Assembly: GCA_035708065.1 (NCBI GenBank)
Contig: DASSTC010000049.1
Location: 1,694 to 65,693, forward strand
Length of the DNA stretch: 64,000 bases
Source: Candidatus Limnocylindria bacterium
GTDB lineage: Bacteria > Chloroflexota > Limnocylindria > QHBO01
Direction of reading: 5' to 3'
In this document: positions 1-10,059 of the stretch, in pieces
How the letters are laid out: every line of letters starts with the position of its first letter
Numbering within the stretch: position 1 is the first letter of the stretch
The notes under the pieces: generated by a model
What the model was told of the DNA's origin: nothing
The model's input: only the letters and a program-made list of their open reading frames with translations
Databases searched by the model: none
Program-made: the position numbers and the translations under genes

Positions 1-1
1 G

Positions 2-223
2 GGCGTCTCGCCCGACGGACGGCTCGTCGAGTTCATCGAGCTCCAGGACCATCCGTTCTTCGTCGCCACCCAGGCGCATCCGGAGCTGAAGAGCCGGCCC
101 AACCGCCCCCACCCGCTCTTCCGCGAGTTCGTCGGCGCGGTCGCGCGGCGCGCCGGCATCGAGCCGGCCGGCGATGAGGGCACCAGCCGCTCGGCGAGCT
201 CGGCGGTTTCGGGGAGGGCATGA
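2..223 (+). CDS. pyrG: CTP synthase, C-terminal fragment (5' part lies upstream of the window)
   Basis: Frame-2 translation [46 protein letters not shown] matches the conserved C-terminus of the glutamine amidotransferase domain of PyrG (HPFF..QFHPE..SRP..PHPLF); stop TGA at 221-223 overlaps the next start (ATGA). Confidence 0.8.
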   Translation, partial: GVSPDGRLVEFIELQDHPFFVATQAHPELKSRPNRPHPLFREFVGAVARRAGIEPAGDEGTSRSASSAVSGRA

Positions 224-1797
224 CCACCGCCGCCCGCGGTCGACGCCGGCGAGCGCCGGCGTTCGATCTCGATGCATACCAGCGTGAGCTCGAGACGTTC
301 GGTTCCGCGCGTGGCGAGGCGCGCTACGCGGCGCTGACCGGCGGCCCGGCGCTCGTGACGGCGCCGCTCTACGAGCAGCACGCCTCTCTCTTCGGACGCG
401 ATGCCGTCGAGGCACTCACCAGGCTGCGCGACGGGGATGGCGCCGAAGCTCGGCAGGCGGCGGCGCTGCTGCCGTTCGCGGCCGAGGGCAACGTCGAGTC
501 GCAGGTCGCCGAGCTGACGGACCGGATCGCCGCCGCCGAGGCGAGCGCGGTGGTCATCTGGCGCGGCGAGCGGATCGCCTACGCCACGGTTCCCTCACGC
601 ATTGCCGAGATCAGCGAGCGCTCGGAGCGCAACGCGCTCGACGCCAGCTACCGCGAGGCGGTCGAGGCGATCAACCCGTTGCGCGAGGAGCGGCTCGACG
701 GGCTGCGCCGGGCATGGCAGGCGCTCGGCCATCCCGACCCGTTCGGTTTCGTGGCGTCAACGCAGGGAATCGATCTGCAGGCGATCAGCGGCCAGATGGA
801 CCGCTTCCTGGTCGAGTCCGAGACGCCGTACTTCGCCGCGCTGCGGCGCTTCCTGGCCGAGATCGACATCGAGCAAGGCGATGCCTCGATCGCCGACCTG
901 TGGCACGTGCTGCGCGGCGTCGGCTGGGACGCCTGGTTCGCCGAGCGCCAGCTGCCCGCCGTCGTCGGCGAGACGCTGGGCAACATGGGCATCGACCTGG
1001 GCGCACAGTCGAACCTCCGCCTCGAGATGCAATCGGACGAGGGAGCGCCGTTCGCAGCGGCCGTGCCGGTCAGCGTGCCGGGTGACGTGCGCGTCGTGTT
1101 CCGCGCGGGCGGCGGCCACGCCGACTACCGCGCGCTCCTCGGCGCCGTCGGCCGGGCGGAAGCGGACGCCCATGCATCGACCGATGCGCCGGCCTCGTAT
1201 CGGTATGCCGGCGATGACAGCGTCGGGGAGGCGTACGCCTGGATGTTCGGCAACCTCACCGTTGAGGCGGACTGGCTGGCCACCGAGCTGCGGATGTCGG
1301 AGGACGAGATCGTCAGCTGGCTCGACTTTGCCGCGTTCCGGATGCTGCACGACATGCGGCGCACCATCGCCAGCGTCTCGTACCAGCGGCGTTTGCACGG
1401 CCCCGGCGGCACGGCGCTGCATCGGGCCTACTACAGCGGCACGCTGAGCCTGTTGACCGGCGTGCGGCATCCCGAATCGAGCTACCTCGCCGACGTCCCG
1501 GAGCACCTCGGGGACGTCGGACGCTTCCGCGGCTGGTGCCTGGGGACCACCCTGGGCGACCGGCAGCGGCAGCAGCACGGCGCGAGCTGGTGGCGCAATC
1601 CGGCGGCCGTGGCCGAGCTCACCAGGGGCTGGAGGCGCGGTCGAGAGCTGAATGCGGACGCGCTGGTTGCGCATGTCGGGTATGATCGTCTGGATTGGCG
1701 ACCGATCCTGCGTCAGATACGGACGCAACTCATCGGCGAGATGAGTGGATACGGCGGACCCAACATCACCACCCGCGCCGGCACCCGCAAGGTCTGA
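220..1797 (+). CDS. hypothetical protein (525 aa). It contains a degenerate metallopeptidase-like segment ([12 protein letters not shown]) with no intact HExxH
   Basis: Long ORF with strong GC3 codon bias; start overlaps pyrG stop; no recognisable catalytic motif. Confidence 0.55.
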   Translation: MTTAARGRRRRAPAFDLDAYQRELETFGSARGEARYAALTGGPALVTAPLYEQHASLFGRDAVEALTRLRDGDGAEARQAAALLPFAAEGNVESQVAELTDRIAAAEASAVVIWRGERIAYATVPSRIAEISERSERNALDASYREAVEAINPLREERLDGLRRAWQALGHPDPFGFVASTQGIDLQAISGQMDRFLVESETPYFAALRRFLAEIDIEQGDASIADLWHVLRGVGWDAWFAERQLPAVVGETLGNMGIDLGAQSNLRLEMQSDEGAPFAAAVPVSVPGDVRVVFRAGGGHADYRALLGAVGRAEADAHASTDAPASYRYAGDDSVGEAYAWMFGNLTVEADWLATELRMSEDEIVSWLDFAAFRMLHDMRRTIASVSYQRRLHGPGGTALHRAYYSGTLSLLTGVRHPESSYLADVPEHLGDVGRFRGWCLGTTLGDRQRQQHGASWWRNPAAVAELTRGWRRGRELNADALVAHVGYDRLDWRPILRQIRTQLIGEMSGYGGPNITTRAGTRKV

Positions 1798-1850
1798 TCA
1801 CCTCCGACCGAGGCGCACGCCCCGCGCATCACTAGGTTCCCGAGAGGTTC

Positions 1851-3329
1851 ATGAACGACGAAGCACGACCCCGCCGTGGTCGACCGCGACGCCGCTCCGA
1901 TGGGAGCGGTGGCCAGCGCCGGCAGTCGACGGCACGCGCCACCTATCCGCGGCGCCGTAGCGAATACGGGGCCGGGCAGTACTCCTCGATCTACGCCGGT
2001 CCGTTCCCGACCGACGAGGACGGCGAAGACCAGGGGCTGAGCCTCGCTGCACTCCAGTCGAAGCCAATCGAGGAGCTGCGCGAGCTCGCCGGCGAGCACG
2101 GCATCGAGAACGCCGACGACCTGGAGCACTCGGACCTCGTGCTGAAGCTGCTCGACGTCGTGCCGCTCGCGCCGCCGAAGTCCGAGCAGAACGGCCAGCC
2201 TCAGCAGCCCGGCCTGGCCGAGGGCGTCCTCGAGATCGTCGACGAGGGGTTCGGCTTCCTGCGACGCCACGGCGTCATGCCGTCGCACGACGACATCTAC
2301 GTCAGCTCCAGCCAGGTCCGCCGCTTCGGCCTGCGCACCGGTGACAAGGTCACCGGCCAGACGCGGCCGCCGAAGGACCAGGAGAAGTACTGGGGGCTGC
2401 TGCGCGTCGACACCGTCAATGGCGTCGAGCCCGAGGTCGCCAAGCGGCGACCCTACTTCGACACCCTGGTTCCGGTCTTCCCGGACCAGATGTTCGACCT
2501 CGAGACCGACCAGAAGAACCTGACCCAGCGGCTCGTCAACCTCATCGCACCGATCGGCATGGGACAGCGTGGCCTGATCCTGTCGCCGGCCAAGGCCGGC
2601 AAGACGACCGTTCTCAAGCAGATCGCCCACGGCATCACCGAGAACTATCCCGAAGCCCTCCTCATGGTCGCGCTCATCGGCGAGCGCCCCGAGGAGGTCA
2701 CCGACATGCAGCGCAGCGTGAAGGGCGAGATCTACGCGTCGACCTTCGACGAGCCGACCGAGAACCATACCCGCGTCGCCGAGATGACCCTCGAGATCGC
2801 CAAGCGGCAGGTCGAGACGGGCCGCGACGTGGTGATCCTGCTCGACTCGATCACTCGCCTTGCACGCGCCTACAACCTCGCCCTGCCGGCATCCGGCAAG
2901 ACACTGTCCGGCGGTGTCGACCCGGTCGCGCTCTATCCGCCGAAGCGCTTCTTCGGCGCGGCGCGCAACATCGAGCACGGCGGCTCGCTGACGATCATCG
3001 CCACCTGCCTGGTCGACACCGGCTCGCGGATGGACGACGTGATCTACGAGGAGTTCAAGGGTACCGGCAACATGGAGCTCGCCCTCGACCGCAAGCTCAG
3101 CGAGAAGCGCATCTTCCCCGCGATCGACGTCCTGCGCTCCGGTACCCGCCGCGAGGAGCTGCTGCTCGACGAGAACACCCTGAAGATGGTGTGGACCATG
3201 CGCCGCATGCTCTCCGCGGTCGGCCCGAACGAAGGGATCGAGCTGCTCATGCAGCGCCTGGGCAAGACGAAGAACAACGCCGAGTTCCTCGTCTCGCTGA
3301 CCAAGTCCGTCGAGGCCTCCGAGCGCTAG
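1851..3329 (+). CDS. rho: transcription termination factor Rho with an Arg/Gly-rich N-terminal extension
   Basis: Walker A GKT ([18 protein letters not shown]), conserved [27 protein letters not shown] and [18 protein letters not shown] blocks; GFGFLR of the cold-shock domain; ~65 extra basic residues before the canonical N-terminal helix; SD GAGAGG before the ATG. Confidence 0.9.
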   Translation: MNDEARPRRGRPRRRSDGSGGQRRQSTARATYPRRRSEYGAGQYSSIYAGPFPTDEDGEDQGLSLAALQSKPIEELRELAGEHGIENADDLEHSDLVLKLLDVVPLAPPKSEQNGQPQQPGLAEGVLEIVDEGFGFLRRHGVMPSHDDIYVSSSQVRRFGLRTGDKVTGQTRPPKDQEKYWGLLRVDTVNGVEPEVAKRRPYFDTLVPVFPDQMFDLETDQKNLTQRLVNLIAPIGMGQRGLILSPAKAGKTTVLKQIAHGITENYPEALLMVALIGERPEEVTDMQRSVKGEIYASTFDEPTENHTRVAEMTLEIAKRQVETGRDVVILLDSITRLARAYNLALPASGKTLSGGVDPVALYPPKRFFGAARNIEHGGSLTIIATCLVDTGSRMDDVIYEEFKGTGNMELALDRKLSEKRIFPAIDVLRSGTRREELLLDENTLKMVWTMRRMLSAVGPNEGIELLMQRLGKTKNNAEFLVSLTKSVEASER

Positions 3330-3336
3330 CTCGTTC

Positions 3337-4728
3337 GTGTCCCTTTCGCGCGGGCGTTTCCTCGTCCCCCTCCTGGTGCTGGCGCTGACCGCCTGCGGCA
3401 GCCAGCCGTCGCCGTCCCCGGTCGTCTCTCCTCCCGGACAGACCGATGCGTCGCCTGCGGCGCCGAGCAGCGCGCCGCCTTCGGGCGGCGTCATCGGTGC
3501 CCCCGGCTCGTCGAGCGAGATCTACGCGCCGAACCCGAAGGCGATCACCGTCGCCATCGATCCGGGCCACGGTGGCTGCCTGGACTGGGGTGTCCCCGAT
3601 CCGTCGAAGCGCGGGACGGCGTACTCCGAGAAGGCGATGACCCTGGGCATCGGCCTGGCGCTCCGCGACATGCTCGAGGCGCAGGGGATCACCGTGGTGA
3701 TGACCCGCGACGGCGACGTGGCCCTGGCCGGTGATGACTACCCGCAGCTCGGCTGCAGCGGGCCCGCCTGGCGCGACGTCGACGGCGACGGCCAGGCCGG
3801 CTTCGAGGAGAGCGGCCGGGTTCGAACCCGCGACGAGCTCCAGGCGCGGATCGACGTCGCGAACCTGGCTCGCGCCGACGTGCTGGTCAGCATTCACATC
3901 AACTCGCCGACCCAGGACGGCGTGCCCGTCAGGATCGCGTTCAGCGAGACGTACTACGACGACGAGACGCCGTGGGGCGTCGAGCGCACGAAGCGTCTGG
4001 CCGAGGACGTCCAGTCGGGCGTTGCGCGCGCGTTGACGGGCGTGGACTACGACCGCCAGGATCGGGGCGTCGAGGCGCGTGCCTTTTACCTCATCGCGCG
4101 GCAATGGGCCGCCGGCGACACCTGCCAGACGCCGGGCGACACGTGGTGCTCGCCACACCGCGGGCTGCAGACCCCGGGGGTGCTCAGCGAGGTCGGCTCG
4201 ATCAGCCTGCCTGCCGAGCAGGACCTGCTTGTCACGGAGCCTGGCCAGCTGATGGTCGCCTCGGGGATCACCAAGGCGCTGGCGAGCTATTTCGCCGACC
4301 GGCCGCTGGCGGTGCGCTACGACGCGCTGCTGCCCGGCGGCGAGGCGGGCGTGCGCCCGGCTGAGGTCCCCGGCGACGGCGCGCCGTTCGTGGCGACCGC
4401 GCTCCCTGCCGAGGCTGTCGCGGACGGCGTCGCCACCATTCCGATGCGGCTGACGAACACCGGCACCGCCGCCTGGCCGGCCGGCCTGCGACTGCTCGCC
4501 GGCTGGCAGGCGAGCGACGCGCCGTATCTCGCCGCTGCGCCATCGCAGCTCGAGCCGCTCGACGTCGACGTGCCGGCGCTCGCGCCCGGGGAGTCGGTCG
4601 AGGTCACCGCCTCGCTGCCGATTCCGGGCGTCGCCGGACGACAGCTGGCCTGGATCACGCTCGCCGGCGACCACCCGTTCACCGACGACGGATCACCGGC
4701 CCTGCAGCTGGCTCGCGAGGAACGTTGA
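3337..4728 (+). CDS. N-acetylmuramoyl-L-alanine amidase (Amidase_3 family) lipoprotein
   Basis: Lipobox LALTAC; AIDPGHGG motif and ADVLVSIHINS typical of MurNAc-L-Ala amidase (AmiC/CwlD-like). Confidence 0.8.
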   Translation: MSLSRGRFLVPLLVLALTACGSQPSPSPVVSPPGQTDASPAAPSSAPPSGGVIGAPGSSSEIYAPNPKAITVAIDPGHGGCLDWGVPDPSKRGTAYSEKAMTLGIGLALRDMLEAQGITVVMTRDGDVALAGDDYPQLGCSGPAWRDVDGDGQAGFEESGRVRTRDELQARIDVANLARADVLVSIHINSPTQDGVPVRIAFSETYYDDETPWGVERTKRLAEDVQSGVARALTGVDYDRQDRGVEARAFYLIARQWAAGDTCQTPGDTWCSPHRGLQTPGVLSEVGSISLPAEQDLLVTEPGQLMVASGITKALASYFADRPLAVRYDALLPGGEAGVRPAEVPGDGAPFVATALPAEAVADGVATIPMRLTNTGTAAWPAGLRLLAGWQASDAPYLAAAPSQLEPLDVDVPALAPGESVEVTASLPIPGVAGRQLAWITLAGDHPFTDDGSPALQLAREER

Positions 4729-4857
4729 CCCGACCTCGTTAGCACTGCTACCATCGGCTCGCGCGACCTTGGCCGGCGATTTCATCGCTTCCGGCTCCGG
4801 GGATGAGCGAGGTCGAGCAACCGAGAACCACCGCGTGCATCGCCTCGGAGCTTCGTA

Positions 4858-5616
4858 TTGCCCGACCTGCGACAACCGCTTCGCCGCGTCACCGGATCAC
4901 GCCTGCTGGCGCGCACGACCGCGCATCTGCTCGTGATCGGGCTGCTCGTCGCCAGCTCGGCGTTCGCCTTCGTTTCCGCGCAGACCTCCGACATCCCGCC
5001 TGACGATGGCTTCCGCGACGTCGCCTTCGCCATCGTCGGTCAGGCGCGTGGCGCCGACATCGACAACGGAGTCGAGCAGAGCGCGATCTACAACCTCCAG
5101 GCCGATCCGCTCCACAACGACCCGATGCTCTCGCGGAAGTCCGGACCCACTCAGCCGCCGACGCCAGCCGCGACGCCGGTCAAGCCACCCCCCGCATCGC
5201 CCGAGCCGCCGAAGGCTGGCGCTGCGACGCAGCTCGGGATCGCGACCGCGTCGCGCAGCGGACGCCTGCTGTGGCCCGTGCCAGGCGGGGTGATCACCCA
5301 GTACTACCATGCCGGACACCTGGCCCTCGACATCGCCGCGCCGTACGGAACGCGCGTGAACGCCGCGGATGGCGGCGTGGTGGTCTGGGCCGGCTGGCGC
5401 AACAACGGTGGTGGCTACGTCGTGCAGATCGACCACGGCAACGGCCTGCAGACCGCCTACAACCATCTCAGCGCGATCTGGGTCCGGGTCGGCCAGCAGG
5501 TCGCGCGCGGCCAGGGCATTGCGGCGGTCGGCTGCACCGGCGACTGCACGGGCCCGCACTGTCACTTCGAGGTCATCGTCGGCGGCGTCTTCGTCAACCC
5601 GCTGCGCTACCTCTGA
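4858..5616 (+). CDS. M23 family metallopeptidase (LytM/lysostaphin-like), secreted
   Basis: HxxxD (HLALDIAAP) ... GGYVVQIDHGNGLQTAYNHL ... GCTGDCTGPHCHFEV, the characteristic M23 motifs; Pro/Ala-rich linker; start codon (TTG at 4858) uncertain. Confidence 0.8.
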   Translation: MPDLRQPLRRVTGSRLLARTTAHLLVIGLLVASSAFAFVSAQTSDIPPDDGFRDVAFAIVGQARGADIDNGVEQSAIYNLQADPLHNDPMLSRKSGPTQPPTPAATPVKPPPASPEPPKAGAATQLGIATASRSGRLLWPVPGGVITQYYHAGHLALDIAAPYGTRVNAADGGVVVWAGWRNNGGGYVVQIDHGNGLQTAYNHLSAIWVRVGQQVARGQGIAAVGCTGDCTGPHCHFEVIVGGVFVNPLRYL

Positions 5617-5652
5617 CCGGCAACTGAGCGCCCGCGGGCTATCCTGCCGGGC

Positions 5653-6930
5653 ATGTTCGCCGACCACGTCCGCATCTTCGTTGCAGCCGGTGACGGTGGC
5701 GACGGTTCTGCGTCGTTCCGTCGCGAGGCGCACGTCCCCCGTGGCGGCCCGGACGGCGGCGACGGTGGCCGCGGCGGTGACGTCGTGCTGCTGGCCGCCG
5801 CGGGCATGACGACGCTCGGCGACTACCGTCGGGCTCGTCACTTCCGTGCGAAGCCCGGCGGCAACGGCGGGCGCCGGCGATCGCATGGCCGCAACGCAGC
5901 CACTGTGGAGCTACGCGTTCCGCCCGGCACCGTGGTCCGCACCTCGCCCGACGGCGAGTGGCTGGGCGAGCTGCTGGAGCCGGGGGATAGGCTGGTGGTC
6001 GCACGCGGCGGCCGCGGCGGCCGCGGAAACGTCCATTTCGCCAGCTCCACCCACCAGGCGCCGAAGCACGCCGAGAAGGGCGATCCCGGCGAGGAGCGCT
6101 GGATCGATCTCGAGCTGAAGCTCATCGCCGACATCGGGCTGGTCGGGCAGCCGAACGCCGGCAAGTCGACGTTGCTGGCGGCATTGACCGCCGCGACGCC
6201 GCGGATCGGCAACTATCCGTTCACCACGACCAGCCCGAACCTCGGCGTGGTGGAGCTCCCCAACGAGCGCATGGCGGTCATCGCCGACGTGCCGGGACTG
6301 ATCGAGGGCGCGCACGAGGGCCAGGGGCTCGGCCACGAATTCTTGCGGCACGTCGAGCGCACCAGAGTGCTGGTCGGCGTCGTCGACGGCGCGGCGGCGG
6401 ATCCGATCGCCGAGTGGCAGGTCGTCGCCGACGAGCTGCGGCTGCACGACGCGACGCTTCTCGACCGCCCGATGCCGATCGTTGTCACCAAGCTCGACGT
6501 GCCCGCGGTCGCCGAGCGCTGGCCCGGCCTGCGCGCCGGGCTCACCCACGACGGCCAGGTGCCGATCGGCGTGTCGTCGCACGATGGCACGGGCCTCGAC
6601 GAGCTGCGGCTCGCGCTTGCCGAGGCGCTCACCGATGCCGACGAGCGCGAGCGCGAGGAGGTCGAGCGCGGCGAGCTGCTGGTGCATCGGTTCGATCCGC
6701 TCGAGGAGGGCTGGGAGGTCGTCGCCGAAGCCGACGGCCTGCGTGTGCGCGGCCGGCGCGTCGAAGAGGCCGCCAACCGCACGAACTTCGACAACGAGGA
6801 GTCGCGCGAGCGCTTCCAGCGACTGCTCGAGCGGCTCGGGATCGAGCCGGAGCTTCGCCGCATGGGAGCCGGGGACGGGATGACCGTGCGGATCGGTCGC
6901 GCCGAGCTCGAATGGGGCGAGGACGAGTGA
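5653..6930 (+). CDS. obg: GTPase Obg/CgtA
   Basis: N-terminal Obg fold with Gly-rich repeats (AGDGGDGSASF), G1 GLVGQPNAGKSTLL, G3 DVPGLIEGA; C-terminal OCT-like tail. Confidence 0.92.
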   Translation: MFADHVRIFVAAGDGGDGSASFRREAHVPRGGPDGGDGGRGGDVVLLAAAGMTTLGDYRRARHFRAKPGGNGGRRRSHGRNAATVELRVPPGTVVRTSPDGEWLGELLEPGDRLVVARGGRGGRGNVHFASSTHQAPKHAEKGDPGEERWIDLELKLIADIGLVGQPNAGKSTLLAALTAATPRIGNYPFTTTSPNLGVVELPNERMAVIADVPGLIEGAHEGQGLGHEFLRHVERTRVLVGVVDGAAADPIAEWQVVADELRLHDATLLDRPMPIVVTKLDVPAVAERWPGLRAGLTHDGQVPIGVSSHDGTGLDELRLALAEALTDADEREREEVERGELLVHRFDPLEEGWEVVAEADGLRVRGRRVEEAANRTNFDNEESRERFQRLLERLGIEPELRRMGAGDGMTVRIGRAELEWGEDE

Positions 6931-7025
6931 GCCCCTCGAGCGTGCTGCTGGCGCCGGCGCGGGGGCCGGCCGCGGCCACGCCGCGACGGCACGGAACCAC
7001 GAAAGCATCGTCGGCACGCGAGAGC

Positions 7026-7676
7026 GTGGTTGTCGACAGTAGGCGCATCGGTATCCTCGGCGGCACCTTCGACCCTCCGCACGTCGGGCACCTGTGGCTG
7101 GCCAGCTTGGCCGCCGACGCGATGCGGCTCGACCGCGTGCTGTTCATGCCGGCCGCGCAGCCGCCGCACAAGCGCCGCCGCAAGATGAGCAGCGCGACCG
7201 ATCGGCTGTTGATGACGCGGGTCGCGATCGGCCACGATCCGCTCTTCGAGCTGTCGGCGATCGAGATGGAGCGGCCCGGGCCGTCGTTCACCATCGACAG
7301 CGTCCGTCAGCTGCTGTCCGACTACGGCGGCGAGGCGCAGCTGTTCCTGGTCATGGCCGCCGACTCGCTCGAGCAGATCGACACCTGGCGCCAGCCGGAC
7401 GAGCTGCTGGAGCTCATCGAGTGGATCGTCGGTCCGCGGCCGGGCGCGACGCTGCCGGACCGCGACTTTCTGGCCGCGCGCTTCGGCGCGCGTGCCGAGC
7501 GGATCCATCTGCTCGACGGGCCGTCGCTCGACGTCAGCTCGTCGGAGATCCGCCGGCGGGTGGCGGCCGGTCGGGTCATCCGCTACCTTGTGCCACGTTC
7601 GGTCGAGGAGTTGATCGTCGACCGTGGCCTGTACCGTGCATCGGGCAGCCGGCAACCCACCGCGCAGAGGAGCTGA
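7026..7676 (+). CDS. nadD: nicotinate-nucleotide adenylyltransferase
   Basis: IGILGGTFDPPHVGH (H/TxGH nucleotidyltransferase motif), SSSEIRRR. The reading frame is open back into obg; the most plausible start is GTG 7026 (alternative GTG 6927). Confidence 0.85.
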   Translation: MVVDSRRIGILGGTFDPPHVGHLWLASLAADAMRLDRVLFMPAAQPPHKRRRKMSSATDRLLMTRVAIGHDPLFELSAIEMERPGPSFTIDSVRQLLSDYGGEAQLFLVMAADSLEQIDTWRQPDELLELIEWIVGPRPGATLPDRDFLAARFGARAERIHLLDGPSLDVSSSEIRRRVAAGRVIRYLVPRSVEELIVDRGLYRASGSRQPTAQRS

Positions 7677-7709
7677 ATCATCGAGGACCGGATCGTCGAA
7701 CGCGAACCG

Positions 7710-8054
7710 ATGGAGCCCGGCGAGCTTGCGCATCGGATCGTGGATCTCGCCTCGGATAAGAAGGGCGTCGACATCGTCATGCTGCGCACCGCCGAGCTGA
7801 CGACCATGGCCGACTACTTCGTGATCTGCTCCGGACGCAGCGATCGCCAGGTCCAGGCACTCGCCGGCGCCATCGTCGACACGCTGCGAGAGGAGGGCGT
7901 GCGGCCCATCGGCGTCGAGGGCCAGTCGTCGTCACGCTGGATCCTGGTCGACTACGGCAGCGTGATCGTGCACGTCTTCGCCCCGGAAGAGCGCGCCTAC
8001 TACGGGCTCGAGCGCCTGTGGAGCAACGCCGCGCAGGTCGTCCGCGTGGTCTAG
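7710..8054 (+). CDS. rsfS: ribosome silencing factor RsfS (Iojap)
   Basis: 114 aa, DYFVICSGRSDRQVQAL...WILVDYGSVIVHVFAPEERAYYGLERLW typical RsfS; conserved obg-nadD-rsfS neighbourhood. Confidence 0.9.
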   Translation: MEPGELAHRIVDLASDKKGVDIVMLRTAELTTMADYFVICSGRSDRQVQALAGAIVDTLREEGVRPIGVEGQSSSRWILVDYGSVIVHVFAPEERAYYGLERLWSNAAQVVRVV

Positions 8055-8085
8055 TACCGCCCCGGTACTACCCGGTACTGCACCG

Positions 8086-8451
8086 GTGCTCCTATTGAGG
8101 CCGATGCGCGGCGCACCCATCCTGCCGGCCATGTCCCGGCACACGCGCGCGCCGCGCCGCACCGATCGTCGCAACGAGTCCTGCCGCTTCTGCGGCGGCG
8201 AGCTGCTGGCCAGCGTGTTCGACACCGTCTTCCGCAGCGAGGGCAATGCGGCGGGCTCGATTGCCGTCGCGGACCAGCCGGAGAGCGGACCGGGCGACGA
8301 GCGCCTCTTCTTCGCGATTCCCGGCGCCCTGTGCGTGCCGTGCCGGCAGCTCTACGTCGACCAGCAGCTCATCGGCATCCTCGGCCTCGGCGACGCCCGC
8401 TGCACGTTCGCCATCGAGAGCGACCGGGTGCTGCGCGCCGGCGCCGTCTGA
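8086..8451 (+). CDS. hypothetical small protein with CxxC...CxxC zinc-ribbon-like pairs (start may be the ATG at 8134)
   Basis: High GC3 ORF; CRFCGG ... CVPC; converges on holA. Confidence 0.45.
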   Translation: MLLLRPMRGAPILPAMSRHTRAPRRTDRRNESCRFCGGELLASVFDTVFRSEGNAAGSIAVADQPESGPGDERLFFAIPGALCVPCRQLYVDQQLIGILGLGDARCTFAIESDRVLRAGAV

Positions 8452-8467
8452 CCTCCGGGCTTCGTCG

Positions 8468-9496
8468 TCAACCCTTGCGGGCGCCGAGCAGGTGCTCGCC
8501 GAGCCAGGCGCTCAGCGCCGGCGCCGGCTCCATCGCGTTGGACTTGATCGCCAGGTCCGCCTCAAACAGCCCGTCCAGCATCCCCTCCAGCTCCTCGTTC
8601 GAGTAACGCTTCGCCGCGTCGACGAGGCGTTCCGCGACCCGCGCATTGCCGCGCCCGATCCGCTTCGCCATCTCGCTCGCCGGCGTCCTGCGCGCCGCGA
8701 GGTCGCGCGCCGCGAGCAGGTCGGCGACCCGTCCCTCGAGTGAGGCGAGGATGCGCAGTGCCGGCTGGCCCTCGTCGAGCGCTCGCTGCAGGGCACGGGC
8801 CGCCGCCGCCGGTTCGCGGCGGTCGATCGCATTGCTGATGGCGAAGACCGATGCCGGACGCGTGTCGGGCGTCAGTGCCTCCACGTCGGCCGCGCCGATC
8901 GCCCGCTCGCCGGCGTAGGTCGCCAGCTTGCGCAGCTCGCTGTCGGCGACACGGGTCTGCTCGCCGCGCTCGATATCCGACTCCCACACCGCGCCGCCGA
9001 TCCGTTCGGCGAGCAGCGCGGCGGCGCGCGGCTCGATCTCGACGCCCATCGCTTTGGCATGCCCGCGGATCCAGCCGCCGAGCTCATTGCGGCGCGGCGC
9101 GTTGCGCTCGAGGACCAATCCGCCGCGCGCCATCACCGCGTCGCCGAGCCGCTTCAGCAGCGCCGGCGGCCGGCCGACATCGCGCGACGGGCGCTCCTCG
9201 ACGAGCGCCAGCGCCGCCCCGTCGGGCAGCTGCTCGACGAGCGCCAGGAGGCGGTCGGTGGCACTCGTCGATCGACCGGCGGCACGCAGCGGCTGGCGCA
9301 GCACCGCGAGGTGTGCGCCGAACATGCCGACGGATGCGGCGGCGACCCCCGCGCGGTCGATGGCCGCCTCGTCCGGCATGCGCTCGGCGACGACCTCCTC
9401 GTGGTCGTCGGCGCCAATCCGCCGGGCGAACGTCGCAACCTCGCCCGCCAGCGCGAAGCTGTCGTCTCCGTGGACCAGCAGGAGCTCGACGCTCAC
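8468..9496 (-). CDS. holA: DNA polymerase III delta subunit
   Basis: 342 aa, LLLVHGDDSFAL N-terminus and overall delta-subunit (clamp-loader) pattern; GTG start overlaps the stop of the HD gene. Confidence 0.8.
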   Translation of the reverse strand: MSVELLLVHGDDSFALAGEVATFARRIGADDHEEVVAERMPDEAAIDRAGVAAASVGMFGAHLAVLRQPLRAAGRSTSATDRLLALVEQLPDGAALALVEERPSRDVGRPPALLKRLGDAVMARGGLVLERNAPRRNELGGWIRGHAKAMGVEIEPRAAALLAERIGGAVWESDIERGEQTRVADSELRKLATYAGERAIGAADVEALTPDTRPASVFAISNAIDRREPAAAARALQRALDEGQPALRILASLEGRVADLLAARDLAARRTPASEMAKRIGRGNARVAERLVDAAKRYSNEELEGMLDGLFEADLAIKSNAMEPAPALSAWLGEHLLGARKG

Positions 9497-10059
9497 CCTT
9501 CGGTCTCTCCGGCGTGCCAGGCGGCAGCCAGCCGCTCGACGACCTCGTCAGTCGAGATCCCGAGCACGTCGCCGAGCTCCTGCTCCAGGGCATGCGCCGG
9601 GCGCCGGGCCGAGTTGATCTCGCCGGCGAATTCGGGGTAGCGGCGCGCCATGTCATCGAGGCGCTCGTCGAGGGTCACGAACTCCTGGGCGACGTGCTTG
9701 TCGGCGAGCGAGACGAGCACCGACGGCCACCCGATCGGGAAGCGCTCGTCGTCGAGCAGACAGCTCAGCGGGTGCGAGGCGACCGGCACTGCCAGCTCGT
9801 CGTAGCCCATCTCGCTCAGCCAGCGGGCGCCGACGATGCCGTGAGGCTCACCCGAGGCTCGCGTTCGCGGCTTGTCGATGTCGTGGAGCATGGCGGCGAC
9901 CTCGACGAGGCGCACGTCGACCGGGATCCCGGCGTGAAGCACCATCCGCGCGGCCTCCGCCGCGACGCGGCGCACGCCCTCCGAGTGGCGGACGATGCCC
10001 TCGGGAAGCTCGTAGCCGGCAAGGATCTCGCGGGCGTGGTCGAGTCCGGGAACGGCCAT
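9493..10059 (-). CDS. HD-domain (HDIG) phosphohydrolase
   Basis: H...HD signature (VRHSEGV ... AAMLHDIDKP); 188 aa. Confidence 0.8.
   Translation of the reverse strand: MAVPGLDHAREILAGYELPEGIVRHSEGVRRVAAEAARMVLHAGIPVDVRLVEVAAMLHDIDKPRTRASGEPHGIVGARWLSEMGYDELAVPVASHPLSCLLDDERFPIGWPSVLVSLADKHVAQEFVTLDERLDDMARRYPEFAGEINSARRPAHALEQELGDVLGISTDEVVERLAAAWHAGETEG

Noticed and set aside
1713-3494. 593-aa ORF antisense to rho
   Set aside because: Arg/Gly/Asp-rich translation with no domain signature, fully shadowing a strongly supported gene. This is a typical open antisense frame in high-GC DNA.
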